A stretch of DNA of 64,000 nucleotides from positions 1 through 64,000 of the forward strand of contig RQSC01001231.1 of the NCBI GenBank assembly GCA_013416795.1. The letters are read 5' to 3'. The notes under the pieces are model-generated. The model had not been told where the DNA came from. It made no database searches and saw only the letters and a list, made by a program, of their open reading frames with translations. This document shows, piece by piece, positions 55,929 to 64,000 of this stretch (its first letter is position 1; each line of letters opens with the position of its first letter). Both the position numbers and the translations under genes were made by a program. The stretch is from Prasinococcaceae sp. CCMP 1430. Its lineage: Eukaryota; Plantae; Prasinodermophyta.

Positions 55929-57142
55929 ATGGCGCGGGCGGCGCTGCCGCCGCTGGTGCTGGTGACGAATGACGACGGCGTGGGAGCACCCGGTATCAGC
56001 GCGCTCGTCCGCGCGCTCGCACGCGGGGGCCGCTTCCGCCCGATCGTGTGCGCGCCCGCGCGAGACCGCAGCGGCGTGAGCCACTCGCTCACCATCCACG
56101 GCGCGCTGAAGGCAGAGCGCGCCAGAGAGCCGGGAGTGGGCGAGCTGGCTTCGGTGGCGTGCCACGGATCGCCGGCAGACTGCATTGGATTCGCGCTGTC
56201 TGGCGTGCCCTTCGGATTGCCAGAGGTGCGTGGCGTGCGGCGCCCGCTTCAGCCGATCCCGCGCCTGCGCCTGCGCTGGTGGCGCGCCCGGCGCTGGTAG
56301 AGCGCTGACAGGAGCCGGTTGTCCCCCTCCCCCCCCCCCGAGGTCGCACGCAGCAAGGGTGCGTAGCCGTCGTGTCGGGCGTGAACCGTGGAACAAATTG
56401 CGGCAGCAACGTAGTCTACAGCGGCACGTTGTCGGGCGCACGCGAGGCGACCATGCGTGGCGTGCCCGTCAGCCTCGCCGTTTCGACATGCAGCGAGAAG
56501 CCATCTGCGGCGGCGTTCGACATCGCTGCCGAAATTGCCGCCGGTCTGTTGGTCAAGATTCTCGCCGATAGGGCTGAAGACGAGCGCAGGGAGCAGCAGG
56601 GCGGGCCGAGCGGTGTTACCTGTCCGACTGCCGCGCAGTCTCAACCCGCGCGCGGCGCGTCGCAGCTCCTGCTGAGCATCAACGTTCCCTCCGTAGACCG
56701 GCTAGAGGAGCTCAAGGGGATCCGACTCACGCGACAGGGTGACGAGTACATCGAGCCATTTTTTGAGGAGGTCCTCGAAAGCGGAGAGGCGCTTCCGGAG
56801 GGTCACGCCGCGCCGCCCTCGGAGAGCGTGGCGCCGGACGTCACGCTGAACATGCCACCTGCGGGGGAGGGCACGCGGAGCTTCATGAATCGGATCGCAG
56901 CTTGGATGCCCACGTCGAGCGATGACCCGCTGGTGGACTCAAACGCCACAGCCTCGGGGTACGTGTCTTGCACGGCGGTGCAGATCGACCAGGGCGCTTC
57001 GCCGGGCAACGGCGGCGACGAGGCACGCCGGCTTGTGGACGCCGCCAACTCGCCCGAGTGCGGATTGGCGGGGCTCATCGCGGCCATTGATAGCGCAGGC
57101 GGGGGGTCGCCGGCGGAGGCTGTTGCGCCGAGCACGCAATGA
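55929..57142 (+). CDS. surE: SurE-family 5'/3'-nucleotidase (acid phosphatase); exons 55929..56225 and 56354..57142
   Basis: LVTNDDG, APARDRSGVSHSLT, GSPADC, VVSGVNRGTNCG..VYSGT..GARE and INVP; phase-0 intron. Confidence 0.92.
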
Positions 57143-57218
57143 GCGGGCGGTGCGTGGAGGGAAGTAATATATTCACACATTCACATTACCCGCAGCTCAC
57201 GCTTACCAACAGCTCATG

Positions 57219-58571
57219 CTATACGAGCGGATGGAAGGCCGTAGCGGTCGCTGGCCTGTCGTCGACGCCCACGAGCATGAACAGGTCGGCGAGCATCTGC
57301 CGCTTGGCTCCCTCCGTCACTGAGCCCTCGGTGGCCTTGAGGCTGGGTGTGCCGTTTATCTCGAGCAGCCATGGTCGCAGCTGCGCGTCGATGAGGATGT
57401 CCGCCCCCAGGATGGAGAAGCTGCTGTCGGACACATTCCTGTTAGCATCCCATGCCTGGGCATACACCTCGAGGGCATCCTCGGCGACGCCGTCCGCGTT
57501 GGCGGCCATGGCGCGCTGGAGGCACTTCCTGATCTTTTCCCACATCTCATCGAACGTCAAGCGGCTCTCAAGCCCACTCGTGCCCCAATATTCGCGCAGC
57601 GTCTCTATCGACCAAACCTCCGCCTCGGTGTTCAGAGCGGCGTTAGTGAGCCCCCCGCCATCGCTATCATACTCGTCCTCGGCGAACAGCACCAGCCCGC
57701 CGCTGTAGAGGGAGGCCTTCAAAGTAGGATAGGTCTGCTGTAGCATCACCCACAAGCGCAGCCCGAACTTGCGCCCGTTGTCCAGGATGAGCGGCGGGTC
57801 GATGTAGCGCTGGGCCATCGTGTAGGGTTTGTCCTTTGACGCGCGTGGGAGCGGTGGGACGCTCTCACTGGTGCCGCATCCTCCTATGTCGGGGTCGAGG
57901 CAGCTTACGATGCGTAGGTCCCTGCCGAGGTGAGCGCTATTCTTGAGCATCCAGCGCGAGGAGGGTTCGGACTCCATGGCCGCGCGCCACTGCGTCTCCT
58001 CCTCCGGTAGGAAAAACGTTTCGGGCACCGGCGTCACGGCCAGCCCATCTTTGCGTTTGCCGAACACGTGCTGCACCGCCCGGGGCATGGTGGTCTTGCC
58101 AGTGAGCCGATACACGCCCGGCAGGCAATTCAGCTGCTGTGCGGGGCGAACTCCCTCCGTGTGCACCGGCAAGCATCGCCGCGTGGGCGTCCACAGCACG
58201 TCCCACTTGTCGAGGTTGTCGATGGCCAGGCTTTTATTCGCGCTTGGATGCCATGCCCACGCGGCAGCTGCGGCATGGCCGGTGCGCTCTCCGGAGTGCG
58301 GCTTGGCGTGCGGGTGCGCCGGCTCGCACCCCGCGAGGTCTAACGCCTCGGCGACCAGCCGCGTCTCGCCCACCTTGAAGCGATGGGTCTCGATCCACGC
58401 GCGACATCGGGCAGTGCTCTCCGCAGTGCCCTCGCCTGGCTCCCGTCGCTCGCACCCGCGCAGCTTGTCCCGGTAGTACCCCGCCGCGCCGAGCGCAGCG
58501 GCGAGCGCCGCCACGAGCGCTGCGCGCTGCAGAGCTGCCGCTCGCCCGCGCGCCGCCGCTCCAGGCGCCAT
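57219..58571 (-). CDS. TTL-like ATP-grasp ligase with an N-terminal membrane anchor (450 aa)
   Basis: AALVAALAAALGAAGYY anchor; WDVLWT, LNCLPG, PETFFLP, WMLKNS, AQRYIDPPL...RKFGLRLWV and FSILGADILID..LRPWLLEINGTPS. Confidence 0.85.
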   Translation of the reverse strand: MAPGAAARGRAAALQRAALVAALAAALGAAGYYRDKLRGCERREPGEGTAESTARCRAWIETHRFKVGETRLVAEALDLAGCEPAHPHAKPHSGERTGHAAAAAWAWHPSANKSLAIDNLDKWDVLWTPTRRCLPVHTEGVRPAQQLNCLPGVYRLTGKTTMPRAVQHVFGKRKDGLAVTPVPETFFLPEEETQWRAAMESEPSSRWMLKNSAHLGRDLRIVSCLDPDIGGCGTSESVPPLPRASKDKPYTMAQRYIDPPLILDNGRKFGLRLWVMLQQTYPTLKASLYSGGLVLFAEDEYDSDGGGLTNAALNTEAEVWSIETLREYWGTSGLESRLTFDEMWEKIRKCLQRAMAANADGVAEDALEVYAQAWDANRNVSDSSFSILGADILIDAQLRPWLLEINGTPSLKATEGSVTEGAKRQMLADLFMLVGVDDRPATATAFHPLV

Positions 58572-58812
58572 CGCCGCCAGGGCGTCGGCGCGGGCGCGGC
58601 CACGCTCGCGCTGTGGCGCGCGCGCACAAACGTCGCGCCGTTTCCTCAACAGCCCCCCTCTCTGCGGCACACGCCCGGAGACACGCGCCGCGAACGTTGT
58701 ACATTCCCAGACTACTTTTCCATTTCCCACCTGTTGACGTGATGTACAATTATTAATTTGGTCAAACAAAACCACGGGCGATCATTCAAGCCCACCGCCC
58801 ACGCACGGCAAA

Positions 58813-59870
58813 ATGCAAGCGCGATCTGCGCGGGCGCGGTGCGCGCGGCGGCCCCCGGCCCCGGGGGCGGATCGAGCGCGCACGTCGTCAGGGCGGCGTG
58901 GTTCCCGCGCGCGGCGCAGCGGCCCGGCGCGGGCGCGTGGGTGCGCGAGGTGGAGCGCGCACTCAAGAAGAACGGCGGGTGCTACGAGGCGAAGTACGCA
59001 CAGCTCGCGACCATCGAAAAGGGCGAGGCGGGAGACGGTGCGTGCCGGGGAGGCGGGCGACCCCCGCGAGTGGCGCGAGTGGCGCGAGCAGGCGCGCAAA
59101 CGCCGGCCGCAGCGAGCGAGCGCGCGCACTGACAGAGCTCACCCGCCCTCGGCGGTTCTCGCCCCTTCGGCGCCACTCTCGAGTCCTCAGATGGGATCCC
59201 TGCAATGCTGCCGCGAGTGCGCACCATTGTGTTTCGCTCGTTCCTGAACGCGCCGACCGCGCCGGGTGCGCCAAGCAGCAAGACTGAGACGCTCGAATTC
59301 ATCACCGACCGCCGCAGCCGCAAGTGCAACCAACTGCTAGAGCATTCTGCCGCGGAGCTCTCGTGGTACTTCCCGCGAACGCGCGAGCAATTTCGCGTAG
59401 CGGGCCAGCTCAAGCTCGTCGGCGCCGATGCCGACGAGTATGGCATGGGCCACATGCTGGAGGCTCGCCTGAGGCGGTGGAAGGTGCGAGCCCACGCGCC
59501 GGTCCCGTGCGCTCGCGCGAGCTCGGTCGCCGCCGCCGCGCGTCACGGTGCCGCAAGCTGACCTGCGCTTGCATGGCGTATCACCAAGGGGGGCATGAGC
59601 GACAACGCCCGCGCTCAGTTCATGTGGCCCGAGCCCGCCGCGTCGCGCGAGCAGCTTTCGGATGCCGCCGCGCAGGAGGAGAAGGACAAGACCGACTTCG
59701 TGCCCGAGCCGCCGCTTGGGCCCGACAGCGAGCCCACCGACGCTTTTTGCCTCCTGCTGCTCGAGCCAAGCTCGGTGGACCACCTGGTGCTTAAGGGCTT
59801 CCCGCAGAAACGCACCCTGTACAAGCTGGGCGATGACGGCGAGTGGAGCGAACAGCGCGTCAATCCGTAA
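58813..59870 (+). CDS. Pyridoxamine 5'-phosphate oxidase-like FMN-binding protein; introns 59038-59190 and 59484-59588; apparent frameshift near the 5' end
   Basis: W..AL.KN...KYAQLAT, PRVRTIVFR, FITDRRS.K, LSWYFP.TREQFR..G, MSDNARAQF.WP.P and FCLLLLEP..VDHL.L. The only ATG (58813) is one frame off, upstream of a C/G run. Confidence 0.8.
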
Positions 59871-60021
59871 TAGCGCGATCACTGCGAGGTAATAATGCCG
59901 ACCGCAATGGGTTATTCAGACAGCGCGGGCGCGGCTCGCGCAGCCTTGGCTCCGCATAGGAGCACGCGCGTCTGGCCAAGAAAGAAATTCTGGCGCGCCT
60001 CAAGCGCGCTACATCATCGCA

Positions 60022-61380
60022 TCATAGGTGGTCCTGTAGCTTCTTGAAGCCCTCCACCGACACCGAGCGGAAGAGGCCGCTGCCATGGCTGCTCGAGCTG
60101 CGCGGGGGCGGCACGTCGGTCAGGCACACCACCAACACGCTCACGTTGTCGGTGGTGTGTCGCTTCAGCGCCTCCTTCACCAGCGCGTCCGCGGCAGCCT
60201 GTGGATCGTTCTTGGACTGGCGGAGCACGATGCGCGCGTGCTCTATCGCGCTTTGCGAGCTGAACACCGACCACAGGCCGTCGCACGCCAACACCATGAA
60301 CTCGTCGCCGTGCTGCAGCATATACTCCACGACGTCCGGGCGCGCGCTGAGCACGTCCTCCTTTCGCTCAACGTCGGCCCCGTCGTGGTCGTCTCCCGGG
60401 ACGCGCTTCATCCCGTGGTGGTGGAAGTCCCCGAGCGCGCGCGCCACGGAGAGCTCGCCATTCACTGCACCGGGAGGTCGAGCGCATCGCCAACGCGCAC
60501 GCGCGCGCGTCAGCGACGGCGGGGCGGGGGTCGCAGCATCGACGGCAGCGCGCCGCTGGTGTAGGCGCGGCGCTCGAGGCTCGCGCGACGCACCATATCC
60601 GTCGTCCACAAAACCGCCCGCCTCCTCGATGCGCGCACGCTCGTTCACGTCCCCCGGGTCGTGATCCTGCGAGAGATCGACAGCCCTCCCGCGGCGGCTC
60701 AGCACGCCGCGGCAGTCGCCGAGATTGGCGACGACCGTTCGCCTGCCCCACAGGAGCACGAGCAGCGCCGTCGCGCCGCTCTCTTCAATCTCACCCGCGC
60801 TCGTCGCCTGGTATACGTCGGCGTCGGCCGCGGCGAACGAGCGCTCGAGCAGCGCGCGCATGGCGTCCGCATCCACGCCGGCCCCGCCGGTGCACGCCCT
60901 GCGCAGCTCTGCCGTGACGCTGTCGCGCAGGTGCGGCGCCGCGAAGCGCGCCGTGTCGGGCCCGCTGTGCCCGTCGAGCATGAGATAAAGCGCCGCTGGC
61001 GCGGGGAGGCCGCTGACATCGCCATCGGCCTGCGACCCTCCGTGGTCGCCCGCCCCGCTCGCCCCGACGCCCTGCACCGCCGCCGAGGCCGCTGGCGATT
61101 CCGCCGCGGCGCGGAGGCTCTCCGAGAGGTCGTCGACCGCCAGGTGGAAGTCCTCCATGTGCTGCCGCGCCCCGACGTCCTGCGCCGACGCGGAGCGCAC
61201 CCGCGGCCTCCAGTCGGCCGGGTCCTTGTCCTCGTCGATGGGGCGCAGCTCGTCGCCCGCGAACGAGCCGGCGAGCGACCCGCCCATCGAGCTGTTGCGC
61301 GAGACCGGCGCCGCCGCGGCCTCTGGCTCCTGCCCGGCGTCGTCCTCCCCTCGCACCTCCCCCGGGAGGTCGGATACCAT
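60022..61380 (-). CDS. Protein phosphatase 2C; exons 60594..61380 and 60022..60464
   Basis: RQHMEDF, LDGHSG, GATA, VANLGDCRGVLSR, LSQDH, ERARIEEAGG, spliced DGY|VNGELSVARALGD, VLACDGLW and DNVSVLVV. Confidence 0.93.
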   Translation of the reverse strand: MVSDLPGEVRGEDDAGQEPEAAAAPVSRNSSMGGSLAGSFAGDELRPIDEDKDPADWRPRVRSASAQDVGARQHMEDFHLAVDDLSESLRAAAESPAASAAVQGVGASGAGDHGGSQADGDVSGLPAPAALYLMLDGHSGPDTARFAAPHLRDSVTAELRRACTGGAGVDADAMRALLERSFAAADADVYQATSAGEIEESGATALLVLLWGRRTVVANLGDCRGVLSRRGRAVDLSQDHDPGDVNERARIEEAGGFVDDGYGASREPRAPRLHQRRAAVDAATPAPPSLTRARARWRCARPPGAVNGELSVARALGDFHHHGMKRVPGDDHDGADVERKEDVLSARPDVVEYMLQHGDEFMVLACDGLWSVFSSQSAIEHARIVLRQSKNDPQAAADALVKEALKRHTTDNVSVLVVCLTDVPPPRSSSSHGSGLFRSVSVEGFKKLQDHL

Positions 61381-62278
61381 GGTCTCCCTTCCGTGCTTGG
61401 ACCTTGCCCCTCCTTCCTCGCCCCGCGGCGCGCCCGCCTCGGCCCCAGCCGCGGCCACAGCCCTCGGCCGCCGCCGCGCGCGAAATGAGCCCGCGCCCAG
61501 GCTGGCGCTGCCGCGCGCAGACGGCGGCCCGGCTGGCGCGGCGACGCCCGGCGTCCAAACCAAAACCAAACCGGGCAGACAAACAGACAAAACCGACAAC
61601 CACACCGTGGCGACCCGAATCAAAAAGCAGAACCGCGAACCAAACCAGACCAGACAAGACCGGACCAGCAAAAGACCTGGGTGAACAAGACATATGTACA
61701 GTATGGATGCATGCGTTTCTGCGCTCCAGGCGACGCCAAGGTCAATATGCATGTACAATGTACTGTAAGTCCGCGCCAAAGCGGGTTTCGGAGCGGCGGG
61801 CGGCGGTTCCCCGGCCGGCGCCGAAAATCGAAGTCGGTTGCGAGGCGCGCCACGCGTACGAGCCGCGCGCCGCGCCCCTCTGCTGGCCCGGCCGGGGCCG
61901 GCGGCGGTCCGCGGGCGCACGCCCGGCGGTGAGGTCGAGGAGGGGGGGGCGCGGCGCGCGCCCAGCCAGGCCCCGCCTCTCCATCCCCGCCTCGTTCGGC
62001 CCTCCACGTTGCCGCGCGGCCGGCCGCCGCCGCCGCTGCGGTAATCAGGCCGGGAGTGCGGAGAGGGCCGAGACGCGGGCCAGCCAGCAGCATGGTGCGC
62101 CGAGGCCGCCTCCCTCCGGCCATGCGCCCATCTCGATCGGTCGGTGCCGCCGACAGGGACAGGGACACGCTCCATCCGACGATGCGCTCACCCCCCCATC
62201 CCCTTCGGTCGGGGAGCCTCCCGTGCGCTCGCACCCTCCCCCGCGCCCTTCCCCTCTCCCCTCCCTCTCCCCCCCCCC

Positions 62279-62646
62279 NNNNNNNNNNNNNNNNNNNNNN
62301 NNNNNNNNNNNNNNNNNNNNNNNNNNNNNNNNNNNNNNNNNNNNNNNNNNNNNNNNNNNNNNNNNNNNNNNNNNNNNNNNNNNNNNNNNNNNNNNNNNNN
62401 NNNNNNNNNNNNNNNNNNNNNNNNNNNNNNNNNNNNNNNNNNNNNNNNNNNNNNNNNNNNNNNNNNNNNNNNNNNNNNNNNNNNNNNNNNNNNNNNNNNN
62501 NNNNNNNNNNNNNNNNNNNNNNNNNNNNNNNNNNNNNNNNNNNNNNNNNNNNNNNNNNNNNNNNNNNNNNNNNNNNNNNNNNNNNNNNNNNNNNNNNNNN
62601 NNNNNNNNNNNNNNNNNNNNNNNNNNNNNNNNNNNNNNNNNNNNNN
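62279..62646. other. Assembly gap (368 N)
   Basis: Run of N flanked by poly-C and poly-G tracts. Confidence 1.
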
Positions 62647-62884
62647 GGGGCGCCCGGGAGCTCGCGCGCCCCTCCTCGCTGCGGCGAGGGGGCGCGCGCT
62701 GGGCGCGCGCGCGCGCCCAGCGCTGGGAGCTGGGTGCGAACGCGAGTGCCGCTTTGGGTGCGCGAAAATGCGGTGATGAAATGCGGCGCGGCATCGCGGG
62801 GCCGCCGCTGACTGACGCGGCGTCGCACTGTGCCCTTCCGCCCGGACCCTTCCTCATCCCCCCCCCTCCCGGGACGCGCACTAG

Positions 62885-63782
62885 ATCTCGACGCGCACCG
62901 ACGTCAAGGCCGATGGCACAGGCTCGGTTGGCCAGTGCGACGTGGTGGCGTCGCGCGACTTCAACGGCGTGACGGCCACGCTGACGGTCAAGCCCAAGCT
63001 CCCGGGCTTCTCGACCTCGGGCCTCAGCGGCACCGACATCTCGGCATCCGCGGACCTCGTGCTCTCGTCCAACAGTACGTCACGCGAGCTGTCGATCACC
63101 TCGACCTCGCGCCAGCGTGCTTTTGCTTGCGTGCGCAAACGCGTGCGGTTCCTCGCGTGGCGGAGACGCGCGTGCGCGCGCGCGCGCTGGGGAGAGATGG
63201 GCGCCGCGCGTCCCGCAGCGCGACGTGCGCGCGTTGACGCGATCGCCAACGCGCACACCCCCGCTCCTCGCCGCAGACGTGACCGCGACCTTCGACGGTA
63301 TCGACGCGGGCATGTCCTCGATCGAGGCCCCTCGCATTGGCTACAAGCACAACCTCGAGGCCGGCGGCAACACCTACGGCCTGGCGGCGACCTTCGTGCG
63401 CAAGGGCAACTCGGACGCGAAGAACAGCGACGACACCATCAAGCTTGCGTGCACCATGCCCAAGTTTGAGGGCATCGGTTCGAAGCTGGAGTACGACACC
63501 CTGTCCAAGAAGGCGTCCGTGACTGCCGACAAGGCCTTCAACGACACCAAGGCCAAGATCAAGGTGGACGCCAAGGACGGCAGCGTGTCGTGGAAGGCGA
63601 CCGTCTCGCACCCGCTGCCGGAGGGCGTGGGTCTCACCGCCGACATCAACAACAAGCAGGCTGGTACCATTGCGCTCGCTAAGGACGCCTTCACCCTCGA
63701 GATGCCGTACTCGGTTTCGGGCGGCGTGACCGCCTCGAGCGCCAAGCTCAAGTACAAGTGGAGCACCACGCTCGACCTGTAG
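62885..63782 (+). CDS. Beta-barrel pore-like protein (OEP24/porin-like); 5' end probably in the gap; exons 62885..~63074 and 63277..63782
   Basis: Many short amphipathic strands (ATLTVK, SKLEYD, ASVTAD, KIKVDAK, WKATVSH), ending AKLKYKWSTTLDL; phase-1 GT-AG intron. The family assignment is by eye only. Confidence 0.5.
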
Positions 63783-64000
63783 GCGCCGCGTTTGCCGGGG
63801 AGATCGTTAATTCCATGTGATCTTTTGCAGACTTCGGACCCCTCCGCGCACTGTCCCCTCGTTGCTCCTGCGCCTGCCGCACGACCTGCGCGTGCGCGGC
63901 GCCGGCAGGCGCCTGTCCTCCCCGCGCGAGCCAGCTGCCCTCGCGCGGCGGCAGCATTGGTGCCAAGTACGTCTAGTACCTGGGCCTTTCAAGACATACA

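Overview
This is GC-rich eukaryotic nuclear DNA with short GT-AG introns, (CG)n/(CA)n tracts and poly-G runs. BTA1, a plastid-type LPAAT, a BOR transporter and PabAB point to a green alga, probably prasinophyte-grade (inference). About 25 genes or fragments are densely packed: a full ABCB transporter, a BOR/SLC4 transporter, a ~1795-aa secreted Cys-rich repeat protein, a class 3 lipase, ADC synthase, betaine lipid synthase, an LRR fragment, LPAAT, an HD nucleotidase, a BED-finger/asparaginase fusion, a ~1850-aa IPT/TIG protein, a DEAD-box fragment, a Dispatched/Patched-like protein, BolA, two TTL-like ligases, SurE, a PNPOx-like protein, PP2C and a beta-barrel pore. The assembly is a draft, with seven single-N joins, one 368-N gap and several truncated 5' ends. 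The main observations are: (1) a hAT-type BED zinc finger fused to a short bacterial-type asparaginase; (2) two tracts that are the exact complement, not the reverse complement, of their repeat consensus; (3) nearly nucleotide-identical NBD1 and NBD2 in the ABCB gene; (4) a propeller+LNR+PSI-like secreted protein; (5) a compositionally mosaic IPT/TIG gene; (6) a signal-anchored TTL-like ligase; (7) a recurring CTACWGTAG motif at gene 3' ends. All family calls come from motifs read by eye; no database searches were run.
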